Below the pieces are notes generated by a model. It was not told the origin of the DNA. It ran no database searches and saw only the letters and a program-made list of their open reading frames with translations. Source: an uncultured Clostridia bacterium (GTDB lineage Bacteria > Bacillota > Clostridia > CAKSNL01 > HGM11501). From it: a stretch of 64,000 bases of DNA. The stretch lies in contig CAKSNL010000005.1 in the NCBI GenBank assembly GCA_934476235.1, forward strand, positions 40,989 to 104,988. Reading direction: 5' to 3'. Below, piece after piece: positions 20,250 to 30,150 of the stretch (position 1 is its first letter; each line of letters opens with the position of its first letter). The position numbers and the translations under genes were made by a program.

Positions 20250-23200
20250 ATGATATTAAAAAGCATTACAATGCAGGGGTTTAAGTCCTTTGCCGATAAA
20301 ACTAAAATAGAGCTTGACGGGAACGTGTGCGCTATCGTCGGACCTAACGGAAGCGGAAAGAGCAATATTTCCGACGCTATCTTGTGGGTTTTGGGCGAAC
20401 AGAGCGCGAAAACTCTGCGCGGCAGTAAAATGGAGGACGTTATTTTTACGGGAACGCCCAAAAGAAAGCCGAGCGGATTTGCCGAGGTGACGCTGACACT
20501 TGATAACACCGGGCATCTTTTGCCGGTGGACTATGACGAGGTAGCGTTCACAAGAAGAGTTTACCGTTCCGGCGAAGGCGAGTATTTTATCAATAAGACC
20601 CCCTGCCGGCTTAAGGATATCCATGAAATGCTGATGGATACCGGAATGGGACGCGACGGATACAGTATCATCGGTCAGGGAAAGATCGACCAGATACTTT
20701 ATGCCAACCCGGAGGACAGAAGGTCCATGTTCGAGGAGGCGTCCGGCATTTCCAAATATAAATACAGAAAAGCCGAGGCAACGAGAAAGCTTGACAAGAC
20801 CAATGATAATATCATAAGAATAAAGGACATTGTCGCGGAGCTTGAAAACCAGATAGGACCTTTGAAAGAGCAGTCGGAGAAGGCGCAGCGCTTTTTGGTA
20901 CTGTCGGATGAGCTTAAGGAGCTTGAAGTCACCGCTTTTGTAAATTCAATTGAAAAAAATAAAAGTGCATGCGACAAGGCGGAAAATAACTATGCCGACA
21001 TCAAGGCGGAGTTTGACAAGGCAAAGGCATTTTCGGAGGCAAACGAGAAGACGATCGAGGCATATTATGAAGAAAAAAAGCTTTTTGATTCAAGCCTTGA
21101 AAAGATTAAAAACGAAGCTTCGGAAATCATTGTCGAGATCACAAAAAAAGAGTCTGAGATAACGCTTAAGACAAGCACGATAGAAAATATCGGGATTAAT
21201 ATAACGAGACTGTCCGATGAGATAGGCAAGCTCAGGGAAGAAAATTCTGCCCGGTCGGTCGAAGAAGCGGAAAAGGCGGTATTTGACGCTAAGGAGAAAA
21301 AGGAAAACCTTATCCGCGAGCTCAATGCAATGAATGTGGCTTTACTTCGCGAGAAAACGGAGGAGCTTTCTCACAGGACTGCGAAAAAAGCCGCGTATAC
21401 CGATTCGGTCGCCGCGGCGATTGAGGGCAAGACCGGAAGGCTTGAATCGTTTGACGTTATTGCGGACGAGCAGAGCAAGCGCTTAAATTCCATTTCCCGT
21501 GAGACGGACGAAATGGAAAAAGCGGTGAAGGCTGACGAGGAGGAAATTGCAGCCTTTAATGCGGAAAAGGAAAAGAGAGAAAAGCAGGGCGAGGAGTATT
21601 TAAAAGTAAAAAATGACATGACGGGCGCATATTCCGCGCTCTTGTCGGAGCTTGACGCGCTTAAGGAAAAGTACAATGCCGAAAGCAAAAAATCGTCGGA
21701 ATGTTCGTCCCGCCTTAAGTTTCTTACGGAGCTTGAAAAGGAAATGGACGGATACTCCGGCGCGGTTAAAAGCGTTATCGAAAACAAGAGCCTTAAGGGT
21801 ATCCGCGGCGTGTTGTCCGAACTTATACATGTGGAATCCAAGTACATTCCGGCGATTGAGGCAGCGCTCGGCGGTTCGATGCAGAACATCGTCACGGTGA
21901 CGGATTCGGACTCGCGCGAGGCGATAAATTACTTAAAATCTAAGGGCAAGGGAAGGGCGACCTTTCTGCCGCTTAACATAATCCGCCCGCGCTCGCTGGA
22001 TAAAATTTCGCACCCGGGATTTTTAGGCGCCGTGTCAGATTTTGTCGACTGCGACGAGGATATAAGACCGGCGGTTTTGAACCTTCTGGGAAATGTTGCT
22101 TTATGTGACAGCTTTGATAATGCGATAGGCTTATTTAAAAAGCAGAACGGCAAGGTGAAGATTGTCACGCTTTCCGGCGAGTACATAAATTCCGGCGGTG
22201 CCGTTACGGGCGGAAGCATGAGCAAGATACGCGGACTTTTGTCGAGAAAGCAGGAAATTTTATCGCTGACCGAGGAGCAGAAGGAGCTTAACACACTTTT
22301 AAGGAAAATCGATTCCGGGATTGATAAAAAGAACGGAACCGTAGTGAAAATGCAGAGCGATGCGAATGAATTAAGCGAGAAGATTCAGCTTAATAAAAAC
22401 GCGCTTTCCGACACATTATATAAAATACAGGCAAAGGAAAGCATACTCCGGAGCAAAAGGGCTAGGTTTGACGAGCTTTCGGAGGCGAAAAGAGAGCTTG
22501 TATACAGTCTTGACAACCGCGATAAGGCAAAGGAGGAACTGAAAAAATCCATTGCCGAGTCCAAAGAGGAGCTCGAAAACGAAAAAGAGGAGCTTAAAAA
22601 GCTCACGGCGGAGCTTGAAAAGTCAAGGGCGGAACTTGACGAAATGAATAACGCGAGAGTTGAAAAGACCATGGAGATAAATAATGCATCAAAGGATATC
22701 GAAATGTACTTTAACGCGCTCCAGTCGGCACGCGCGGGAGCGGATTCAAGGCGTGCTCTTGCCGAGTCGAAGGCTCTTGAGATTGAAAAGTATAAGTCCG
22801 ATGAAGAAACGGTAAAAAAAGAGATAGAGCTTATCGGCGAGCATATTATAAACCTTAAGAACCAGCATGAGTCAAAGCTTTCCGAGCTTGAGGCGAAGAA
22901 GGACGAATTTTCGTCCCGCGATTTTAACACCGCTAAGTTGAGGGAGGAAAATAAGGCAATACAGGAAAAGGTTATTTCTCTTGCACAGGAAATGACAAAG
23001 CTTCAGGGTAAGATTGAGGCGTTAAAAGCCGCGGTCGAGGAGGATATCGGCAAGCTCTGGGAAGAGTATGAAATGACGTTTTCCGAGGCGCTCGCCGAGC
23101 GCAGCCAAAAGGGCGGAAAGACCGCGTCCGGCGCGCATATAAGCAAGCTTAAGCGCGAGATAAAGGACTTGGGAACGATAAATGTCGCTGCAATCGAGGA

Positions 23201-23771
23201 TTATAAAAACGTTTCGGAGCGGTATGAATTTTTGTCCGGTCAGGAAAAGGACATGTTAGACACCAAGGCAAACCTTGAAAAAATAATCGAGGATATGCAA
23301 AAGATCATGGCGGAGCAGTTTTCGGTTCAGTTTAAGAAAATTAATGAGGACTTTAAGGAAACCTACGTTGCGCTGACAGGTGGCGGAACGGCAAATATTT
23401 TACTTTCCGATCCCGACGATGTTTTGGAGAGCGGGATCGAGATTGAGCTTCAGCCCCCCGGGAAGAAGCTTCAGAACATCATGCTTTTGTCCGGCGGAGA
23501 AAAGGCGATTGCCGCTATAGCGCTGTTTTTCGCGATGCTTTCGGTAAGACCGACGCCCTTCTGCGTGCTTGACGAGATTGAGGCGGCGCTTGACGAGAGC
23601 AACGTTCAGCGTTTCGCGTCATTTTTAAGAAATTATGATAAAACACAGTTCCTGGTTATAACGCACAGGCGCGGTACGATGGAATCGGCTGACACGCTCT
23701 ACGGCGTTACGATGCAGGAAAAAGGTGTTACAAAGCTTTTGTCGCTTAAGTTAAGCGATGTTGAACAGTAA
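20250..23771 (+). CDS. smc: chromosome segregation protein SMC
   Basis: 1173 aa with an N-terminal Walker A (GPNGSGKSN), long coiled coils, a hinge, and the C-terminal LSGGEK signature plus Walker B (FCVLDEIEAALD). Confidence 0.95.
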   Translation: MILKSITMQGFKSFADKTKIELDGNVCAIVGPNGSGKSNISDAILWVLGEQSAKTLRGSKMEDVIFTGTPKRKPSGFAEVTLTLDNTGHLLPVDYDEVAFTRRVYRSGEGEYFINKTPCRLKDIHEMLMDTGMGRDGYSIIGQGKIDQILYANPEDRRSMFEEASGISKYKYRKAEATRKLDKTNDNIIRIKDIVAELENQIGPLKEQSEKAQRFLVLSDELKELEVTAFVNSIEKNKSACDKAENNYADIKAEFDKAKAFSEANEKTIEAYYEEKKLFDSSLEKIKNEASEIIVEITKKESEITLKTSTIENIGINITRLSDEIGKLREENSARSVEEAEKAVFDAKEKKENLIRELNAMNVALLREKTEELSHRTAKKAAYTDSVAAAIEGKTGRLESFDVIADEQSKRLNSISRETDEMEKAVKADEEEIAAFNAEKEKREKQGEEYLKVKNDMTGAYSALLSELDALKEKYNAESKKSSECSSRLKFLTELEKEMDGYSGAVKSVIENKSLKGIRGVLSELIHVESKYIPAIEAALGGSMQNIVTVTDSDSREAINYLKSKGKGRATFLPLNIIRPRSLDKISHPGFLGAVSDFVDCDEDIRPAVLNLLGNVALCDSFDNAIGLFKKQNGKVKIVTLSGEYINSGGAVTGGSMSKIRGLLSRKQEILSLTEEQKELNTLLRKIDSGIDKKNGTVVKMQSDANELSEKIQLNKNALSDTLYKIQAKESILRSKRARFDELSEAKRELVYSLDNRDKAKEELKKSIAESKEELENEKEELKKLTAELEKSRAELDEMNNARVEKTMEINNASKDIEMYFNALQSARAGADSRRALAESKALEIEKYKSDEETVKKEIELIGEHIINLKNQHESKLSELEAKKDEFSSRDFNTAKLREENKAIQEKVISLAQEMTKLQGKIEALKAAVEEDIGKLWEEYEMTFSEALAERSQKGGKTASGAHISKLKREIKDLGTINVAAIEDYKNVSERYEFLSGQEKDMLDTKANLEKIIEDMQKIMAEQFSVQFKKINEDFKETYVALTGGGTANILLSDPDDVLESGIEIELQPPGKKLQNIMLLSGGEKAIAAIALFFAMLSVRPTPFCVLDEIEAALDESNVQRFASFLRNYDKTQFLVITHRRGTMESADTLYGVTMQEKGVTKLLSLKLSDVEQ

Positions 23772-23790
23772 GAAAACGGAGAGATTTTTA

Positions 23791-24696
23791 ATGGGATTTT
23801 TCGATAAATTAAAACAGGGGCTCGGCAAAACAAAAGATACATTCAAAAATGCGGTCGACAGTGTGTTTGTTGCCTTCAGCAGTATTGATGAGGACTTTTA
23901 CGAGGAATTGACGGAGGCGCTTATATTGGCGGATCTCGGCGCGCAGACGGCGACCGAGATCGTTGACGAGCTTAAAGACCGCGTTAAGTCCAAGCATATA
24001 AATAATACCGATGAGGCTAAAAATGAGCTTTATGACGTTATCGGAGAGGCGATTTCGGGCGATTCGTCGCTTGATTTGTCGGGCAGCCCCGCGGTCATTA
24101 TGGTGATCGGAGTCAACGGCGTCGGCAAAACCACGTCCATAGGTAAGATGACGCACTTTTTAAAATCAGAAGGCAAGAACGTTTTACTTGCTGCGGCGGA
24201 CACGTTCCGTGCTGCTGCGGCTGACCAGCTTGCCATATGGGCGCAAAGAAACGATGTTCCCATGATAAGGCACGAGGAGGGTTCCGATCCCGCGTCCGTT
24301 GTGTTTGACGCGTGCGCCGCGGCTAAAAGCAGAAAGGCGGACGTTCTTATCTGCGACACTGCGGGGAGGCTGCATAATAAGAAAAACCTCATGGACGAGC
24401 TCCAAAAAATATACCGCGTTATAAAGCGCGAGCTTCCGGACTCAAGCCTTGAGGTGCTCCTTGTACTGGATGCAACCACCGGGCAGAATGCGGTAAATCA
24501 GGCGGAAATGTTTAAAGAAACGGCGGACATTACAGGCATTGTACTGACGAAGCTTGACGGGACGGCGAAGGGCGGAATCGTGATAAACATCAAGAAAAAG
24601 CTCGGTATTCCGGTGAAATTCATCGGCGTGGGCGAGGGGATAGATGATATGCAGCCTTTTGACCCCGAAAGCTTTTCAAAAGCGCTTTTTGACTGA
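23791..24696 (+). CDS. ftsY: signal recognition particle receptor FtsY
   Basis: MGFFDKLKQGL start after a GGAGAG RBS. SRP GTPase motifs GVNGVGKTT, DTAGR and TKLD. The track start at 23758 overlaps smc. Confidence 0.93.
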   Translation: MGFFDKLKQGLGKTKDTFKNAVDSVFVAFSSIDEDFYEELTEALILADLGAQTATEIVDELKDRVKSKHINNTDEAKNELYDVIGEAISGDSSLDLSGSPAVIMVIGVNGVGKTTSIGKMTHFLKSEGKNVLLAAADTFRAAAADQLAIWAQRNDVPMIRHEEGSDPASVVFDACAAAKSRKADVLICDTAGRLHNKKNLMDELQKIYRVIKRELPDSSLEVLLVLDATTGQNAVNQAEMFKETADITGIVLTKLDGTAKGGIVINIKKKLGIPVKFIGVGEGIDDMQPFDPESFSKALFD

Positions 24697-24710
24697 CGGG
24701 AGGGTTTTCC

Positions 24711-25187
24711 ATGAAGGAAATAAAGACAAACGCAATGAGAATACTCGACAAGGCAAAGGTCATTTATACGGCGCACCACTATGAGCCCGAGGAGGGCAAG
24801 GTCGATGGGATATATGTTGCCGATAAGCTCGGCTGTCCGCACGAGATAGTTTATAAAACGCTTGTGACCGTTGCACCGTCAAGGGAGCATTATGTTTTTG
24901 TCATTCCGGTTGAAAAGGAGCTTGACTTAAAGGCGGCGGCGAGAGCGGTCGGCGAAAAGTCGGTCGAAATGATCCATGTTGCCGATATCAATAAGGTGAC
25001 GGGGTATATAAGGGGCGGCTGCTCTCCGGTCGGCATGAAAAAGGAGTTTAAGACGGTGATTGACGAATCGGCGAACAATGTGGAAAAATTCTATGTAAGC
25101 GCCGGAAGAATCGGCTCGCAGCTTGAGATTGTGCCGTCCGAGCTTAAGAAGGTCGTAAATTATACCATGGCGGCAATAACGAAATGA
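24711..25187 (+). CDS. ybaK: Cys-tRNA(Pro)/Cys-tRNA(Cys) deacylase YbaK
   Basis: 158 aa YbaK/EbsC-family sequence (TNAMRILD..., GGCSPVG). Confidence 0.8.
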   Translation: MKEIKTNAMRILDKAKVIYTAHHYEPEEGKVDGIYVADKLGCPHEIVYKTLVTVAPSREHYVFVIPVEKELDLKAAARAVGEKSVEMIHVADINKVTGYIRGGCSPVGMKKEFKTVIDESANNVEKFYVSAGRIGSQLEIVPSELKKVVNYTMAAITK

Positions 25188-25361
25188 CAAAAGGCGCTTT
25201 CGCAGTCCGTAATAATTATCGCGGACCGGCTTTAGCGCCTTCTTTATTGACAAAATTTAGGGATTTGTTTATTGACAGAAGAAAAAACGTGTGATAGAGT
25301 ATAATTAAAGAGGGAAAAATAAAAACTTAAGTTATATATCAATTTATAAGGAGGAGTTTTT

Positions 25362-26348
25362 ATGGGCAAAACATTAAAAAAAATATTGACTGTTGCGGGA
25401 GTTGCCGCGGCAGGTGCGGCGGTTTTGGGCATTGCCGCTTATGCAACGACAAAGCTTATGGTGAAAACGGCGCTTGACAGAGAAGAGCCTGAAATTATGA
25501 AAAAAAGAAGAGGGAAGATATCCGGCTCGTCCGGCGGCGAGGAGGGCTTTGAAATAGCAAAAGCCGAGGCGCAGAAAAAGCTTCTTGAGGAGGAACATGA
25601 AACCGTGAAGATCGTGGCGGCGGATAATGTGACGCTTGTCGGGCACTTTTACCCCGTTGAGGACGCAAAGCGCGTTATTATCGCCTTTCACGGATGGCGT
25701 TCGTCCTGGGGAGCGGATTTCGGAATGATATCCGATTTCTGGCATAACACCGGGTGCAGCGTTCTGTACGCGGAGCAGAGAGGGCAGAACGCAAGCGGAG
25801 GAGAACACATGGGCTTCGGACTGACGGAGCGGCACGACTGCATTGAATGGGTGAACTGGGTGAACTCAAAGTGCGATAAAAAGCTGCCCATATACCTTGC
25901 TGGCGTGTCAATGGGTGCGTCAACCGTGCTCATGGCGTCGGATTCGGACTTTCCGGATAACGTCCGCGGCATAATCGCAGACTGCGGATTCACATCGCCC
26001 AAGGAGATATGGGAGTATGTCGCAAGGCACAATATGCACCTTTACACCGTCGGCACACGCCTTGCGGACGCGATTTGCAGAAAAATGATAAATGTCGGCT
26101 CGGGCGACTATTCGACAAAGGAAGCGCTTAAGAAAACAAAGGTGCCTGTGCTTTTCATCCACGGAGAGGACGATAATTTTGTGCCGGTCGACATGACGTA
26201 TGAAAACTATGACGCGTGCGCGTCGTCGAAGAGCCTTTTAATAGTTCCGGGCGCGGACCACGCCATGAGCTATTACGTTGATAAGGAATCGTACGAAAGG
26301 GCGCTCAGAGAATTTTTCGAGGATTTTGACAATAACATATCCGAATAA
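25362..26348 (+). CDS. membrane-anchored alpha/beta hydrolase
   Basis: N-terminal TM helix, a nucleophile elbow GVSMGAS, and a distal D/H (HGEDD, ADH). Confidence 0.75.
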   Translation: MGKTLKKILTVAGVAAAGAAVLGIAAYATTKLMVKTALDREEPEIMKKRRGKISGSSGGEEGFEIAKAEAQKKLLEEEHETVKIVAADNVTLVGHFYPVEDAKRVIIAFHGWRSSWGADFGMISDFWHNTGCSVLYAEQRGQNASGGEHMGFGLTERHDCIEWVNWVNSKCDKKLPIYLAGVSMGASTVLMASDSDFPDNVRGIIADCGFTSPKEIWEYVARHNMHLYTVGTRLADAICRKMINVGSGDYSTKEALKKTKVPVLFIHGEDDNFVPVDMTYENYDACASSKSLLIVPGADHAMSYYVDKESYERALREFFEDFDNNISE

Positions 26349-26350
26349 AG

Positions 26351-26385
26351 AAAAAGCCTCCCGCAGTAATGCGGGAGGCTTTTTT
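26351..26385. terminator. bidirectional intrinsic terminator (hydrolase / cotJC convergent)
   Basis: AGCCTCCCGC-AGTAAT-GCGGGAGGCT flanked by A5 and T5. Confidence 0.8.
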
Positions 26386-26387
26386 GA

Positions 26388-26993
26388 TTAAAACGGGCTG
26401 CAGTCGCAGAGGGAGGGCATTGCAAAGGTCTTTTTGCAGTCCTGCATATCCTGAACGCTGCGGAGCGCTTCACCGAAGCGCTGGAAATGAACGACCTCAC
26501 GGGCGCGGAGAAAACGGATGACCTCGTTAACGTCCGCATCGTCCGAAAGCCTTAATATATTGTCGTACGTCAGGCGTGCTTTCTGCTCCGCCGCAAGGTT
26601 TTCCGTAAGGTCCGCGATCGGGTCGCCTGTTGACTGGATGGACGCCGCGGTCCACGGAGAGCCGGACGCGGAGGTGGGATAAACCGCCGTGCTGTGGTCA
26701 ACATAGTAATCGGAAAATCCCGATTTTTTCACCTCGTCGCAGCTTATGCCCTTGGTGAGCTGATGAACCAGCGTTCCGACCATTTCGAGGTGCCCGAGCT
26801 CCTCGGATCCTATATCATTGCACACGCTTTTGCATATATCGTTCGGCATTGTAAAGCGCTGGCTTAAATATCTTAAGCTTGCGCCGAGCTCGCCGTCCGG
26901 TCCGCCGTACTGCGTGATGATAAGCTTTGCAAGGGCGGGGTTTGTGTGCTTGATGCTGATTGGCTTCTGAAGCTTCTTCTCATAATACCACAT
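26388..26993 (-). CDS. cotJC: manganese-catalase-family spore coat protein CotJC
   Basis: MWYYEKKLQ...YGGPDGELGASLRYLSQRF and EELGHLEM closely resemble B. subtilis CotJC. Confidence 0.9.
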   Translation of the reverse strand: MWYYEKKLQKPISIKHTNPALAKLIITQYGGPDGELGASLRYLSQRFTMPNDICKSVCNDIGSEELGHLEMVGTLVHQLTKGISCDEVKKSGFSDYYVDHSTAVYPTSASGSPWTAASIQSTGDPIADLTENLAAEQKARLTYDNILRLSDDADVNEVIRFLRAREVVHFQRFGEALRSVQDMQDCKKTFAMPSLCDCSPF

Positions 26994-27346
26994 TAGTTAC
27001 ATCCCTCCGTTTCGGTTTTACTGATACAGTCGTCTATAGAACATTCGTCTTTTTCACATGACCGGTTACATTCATCGGCTGCCTTGGGCCAGTCGGGGCA
27101 CCAGGGCCACGGCGCGTTTATCCACCTGAACGGCGCACCGTAAAGCGAAGCGGTCGACGCGGTGAGGGGATAGCCGAAGCGCGACTCTATTTCGTTTCTG
27201 AGCATCATTGACTTCTGCGACTGCAGGCAGTGCTTCATTATCATTCCCGCGTCATCGGGATGAGTGTCTAAATAAAGCTTTATGTCATCGGCAGCAAAGT
27301 CCGATTCGGCAAGCATAAGTAATTTTTCTTTGAGAGTTGACTCCAT
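26993..27346 (-). CDS. cotJB: spore coat protein CotJB (with Cys-rich C-terminal extension)
   Basis: YLDTHPDD and the WPW motif. The start was moved to MESTLKEK; the upstream part of the track ORF overlaps cotJA. Confidence 0.8.
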   Translation of the reverse strand: MESTLKEKLLMLAESDFAADDIKLYLDTHPDDAGMIMKHCLQSQKSMMLRNEIESRFGYPLTASTASLYGAPFRWINAPWPWCPDWPKAADECNRSCEKDECSIDDCISKTETEGCN

Positions 27347-27359
27347 AAAACGACCTCCT

Positions 27360-27599
27360 TTAATTCTGTTTACTGCAGAAGTCTCTGCCGTAAACGCCGA
27401 GCGGCTTGTTAAGCTCCGGGAAAACGGTGCCGTTTTTGAGAGCTTCCGATTCGCAGTAAAGCTTGCCGGCTCTCTGATACGGAACATACGCATACGCTAT
27501 GAGCATATCGGAAAGCGCGTCGTTAAAAATCGGGGTTTCGCACTGTATGGGGGCAGTCATGAAGGGGCTGCAGCCGTACATGCAGTTATTGTAGTTCAT
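27360..27599 (-). CDS. cotJA: spore coat-associated protein CotJA
   Basis: AYAYVPYQ...GTVFPELNKP motif. The ATG at 27599 is preceded by an AAGGAGA RBS. Confidence 0.75.
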   Translation of the reverse strand: MNYNNCMYGCSPFMTAPIQCETPIFNDALSDMLIAYAYVPYQRAGKLYCESEALKNGTVFPELNKPLGVYGRDFCSKQN

Positions 27600-27629
27600 A
27601 TAAACATGTCTCCTTACATGGATTTTTGA

Positions 27630-27657
27630 TGTATAGTACATCTCTAACATAATATGA
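27630..27657 (-). promoter_or_regulatory. candidate sporulation (sigma-E-like) promoter for cotJABC
   Basis: On the minus strand, TCATATT - 15 nt - TATACAT resembles the B. subtilis sigma-E consensus (ATATT / CATACA-T). This is a by-eye match only. Confidence 0.3.
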
Positions 27658-27701
27658 TTTTTGGAAGATTAAGTTACATTCTGTTATTTTAATAATAGTC
27701 A

Positions 27702-27730
27702 TTGACTGAAAGATAAAAAAATGGTAAAAT
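27702..27730 (+). promoter_or_regulatory. putative sigma-A promoter with extended -10
   Basis: TTGACT - 17 nt - TGgTAAAAT, upstream of mutS2. Confidence 0.45.
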
Positions 27731-27748
27731 ATAATAGTATGATTATAT

Positions 27749-30142
27749 ATGAACGGAAAGATAGACATGGATGATAAAAACCTTAAAGTATTGGAATATG
27801 ACAAAATATTAAAAAAGCTTGCGGATAAGGCTGTCTGCCCGGCGGCAAAGGAGCAGGCGTTAAAGCTTCGCCCGGTGACGGACATCGGCGAGGCGAAAAG
27901 GCTTTTGGGTGAGACGGGCGAGGCGGAGCGCTACATGGCAAAGCATTTTGAACCGCCGATAATTCCGCTTAACGATATTTCGCCCGCGTTAAAGCGCGCC
28001 GAGATAGGCGCGGTATTGTCCTGCAAGGAGCTTCTTGACACCGCAAGGGTCCTGCGCGTTGCGCGTGCGCTGAAAAAATATATATCCGACGGCAAAGAAG
28101 AAAATCTTGAATTTTTGAATATCGTGACAGAGTGCATTTACGAGCTTCCGGAAACGGAGCGCGAAATTGAGCGCTGCATCGTTTCGGAGGAAGAAGTGTC
28201 GAGCGACGCAAGCGCGGAGCTTCACTCGATAAGGTTGCGGCGGGAGCGGCTGGAGGATAAGATAAGGGACGTTTTAAACGACATGATACACTCCTCAAAG
28301 TACCAGTCCGCGCTTCAGGAAAGCCTTGTAACTATGAGAAGCGGGCGCTTTGTTCTGCCGGTAAAGTCAGAGCAAAAGGGAGCGGTTCCCGGTATAGTGC
28401 ACGATTCGTCCTCCTCAGGAGCGACGGTTTTTATCGAGCCGATGCAGATTGTGGAGATAAACAACGAAATCAGCAAGCTTAACGGTCTCGAAAAGGAAGA
28501 AATCGAAAGAATTTTGACCGAACTGACAAATAATGTGGAGGAACACCGCCAGGTCATTGCCGATGATTATAAGTACATTCTTGAAGCTGACATGATCTTT
28601 GCGAGAGCAAGGCTCGCCGTTGATATGGACGCGTCGGTTCCGAATCTTAATTCCGATGGGATAATCGACATCAAAAAAGCGCGCCATCCGCTTTTAGATA
28701 AGAAGAAGGCGGTGCCGATTGACGTTTATCTCGGCAGGGATTTTGACACGCTGGTTATAACCGGTCCCAACACGGGCGGTAAGACGGTAACGCTTAAAAC
28801 GCTCGGGCTTTTCACGCTTATGGCGCAGACAGGGCTCGGAATTCCGGCGTCCTACGGCAGCGAGATTGCGGTGTTTGACGAGGTTTTCGCCGACATCGGT
28901 GATGAGCAGAGTATCGAACAGTCGCTTTCCACATTTTCGTCACACATGGTTAATATCGTAAACATATTAAACAGGGCAAACGAAAAGTCGCTTGTTCTTT
29001 TTGACGAGCTCGGCGCCGGAACCGATCCGGCGGAAGGTGCGGCGCTTGCGGTCTCGATTTTGGAATATGTCAAGATGTGCGGCGCAAAAACGGCGGCTAC
29101 AACGCATTACAGCGAAATTAAGCTTTACGCGCTGACGACTGACAGGGTGGAAAACGCGGCGTGTGAGTTTGACATAAATTCGCTGCGGCCGACCTACAAG
29201 CTTTTGATCGGTATCCCGGGAAAGAGCAACGCTTTCGCGATTGCAAAAAGGCTCGGGGTGTCTGACTATATAATTAATAACGCGAAGGAGCACCTGACGG
29301 CGGAAAACATTCGCTTTGAGGATCTTGTTACCGAGCTTGAAGCGGACAGGAGCGAAGCGGAAAAGGCAAAAGAGGAAGCCAGAAGAATACTTTCGGAAAA
29401 TGAGGATGAAAAGGAAAAACTGCGGCTTGACAAAGAGAGGATCGACCGCCGGAAGGACGAGCTTTTGCGCGAGGCAAGGCGCGAGGCTAAGGCAATCGTT
29501 AAAAATGCGCAGAGAAAGACTGACGAGCTCATAAAAGAGGCGGTCAAGGCACTGGAGGAGCAAGATAAATCCAAGGCAAAGAAGGCGGCTGAGGAGGCGA
29601 AACGAAAGCTTTCGGAGGATGCTTCGGCGCTTGACGATAAGCTTTCTGGCGATGTGCTTATGCCGAGGAACAACAAGGTTCCGAAAAAGCTCCGCCTGGG
29701 TCAGGAGGTCGAGGTGCTCTCGCTCGGGCAGCGTGCGTCCGTCATGTCGCTGCCGGATTCTAAGGGCAATCTGATAGTCCAGGCGGGCATACTTAAGGTT
29801 ACAACGAATATTTCATCGCTCCGCGAGGTGGAAAATACGAAGGTACAGGAGAAAAAGAAATCGCCGTCGGGAAAAACCTCCGTCATGAAAACCGAGAGCG
29901 CGGTGACGGAGCTTGACTTAAGAGGACAGATGGCGGACGAGGCAATTTTGAACCTTGAAAAATTTATTGACGACGCGGTTTTGGCAAAGCTTGAAACCGT
30001 GCGCGTTATCCACGGCAAAGGTACCGGCGTTTTGAAAAGTGCGGTAAGGAGCTTTTGCAAACGGTCGAAAGAGATTAAGTCGTTCCGCCCCGGAATTTAC
30101 GGCGAGGGCGAGGACGGAGTTACCGTTATTACATTGAAGTGA
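27749..30142 (+). CDS. mutS2: endonuclease MutS2
   Basis: LEYDKIL N-terminus, Walker A GPNTGGKT, a coiled-coil K/E-rich linker and a C-terminal Smr domain (LDLRG...HGKGTGVL). The alternative start ATG 27767 has a better-placed GGAAAG. Confidence 0.92.
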   Translation: MNGKIDMDDKNLKVLEYDKILKKLADKAVCPAAKEQALKLRPVTDIGEAKRLLGETGEAERYMAKHFEPPIIPLNDISPALKRAEIGAVLSCKELLDTARVLRVARALKKYISDGKEENLEFLNIVTECIYELPETEREIERCIVSEEEVSSDASAELHSIRLRRERLEDKIRDVLNDMIHSSKYQSALQESLVTMRSGRFVLPVKSEQKGAVPGIVHDSSSSGATVFIEPMQIVEINNEISKLNGLEKEEIERILTELTNNVEEHRQVIADDYKYILEADMIFARARLAVDMDASVPNLNSDGIIDIKKARHPLLDKKKAVPIDVYLGRDFDTLVITGPNTGGKTVTLKTLGLFTLMAQTGLGIPASYGSEIAVFDEVFADIGDEQSIEQSLSTFSSHMVNIVNILNRANEKSLVLFDELGAGTDPAEGAALAVSILEYVKMCGAKTAATTHYSEIKLYALTTDRVENAACEFDINSLRPTYKLLIGIPGKSNAFAIAKRLGVSDYIINNAKEHLTAENIRFEDLVTELEADRSEAEKAKEEARRILSENEDEKEKLRLDKERIDRRKDELLREARREAKAIVKNAQRKTDELIKEAVKALEEQDKSKAKKAAEEAKRKLSEDASALDDKLSGDVLMPRNNKVPKKLRLGQEVEVLSLGQRASVMSLPDSKGNLIVQAGILKVTTNISSLREVENTKVQEKKKSPSGKTSVMKTESAVTELDLRGQMADEAILNLEKFIDDAVLAKLETVRVIHGKGTGVLKSAVRSFCKRSKEIKSFRPGIYGEGEDGVTVITLK

Positions 30143-30150
30143 GGATAAAG

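Noticed and set aside
21371-22930. Several Ser/Phe-rich antisense ORFs inside smc (21371-21895, 21929-22294, 22385-22930).
   Set aside because: They are the reverse complement of the Glu/Lys/Leu-rich coiled-coil coding sequence, which naturally lacks stops. There are no start contexts.
25244-25276. Direct repeat TTTATTGACA x2 upstream of the alpha/beta hydrolase gene, as a possible regulatory iteron.
   Set aside because: There are only two short AT-rich copies, each containing a -35-like TTGACA. They are most simply tandem or alternative promoter -35 boxes, and I have no further supporting structure.
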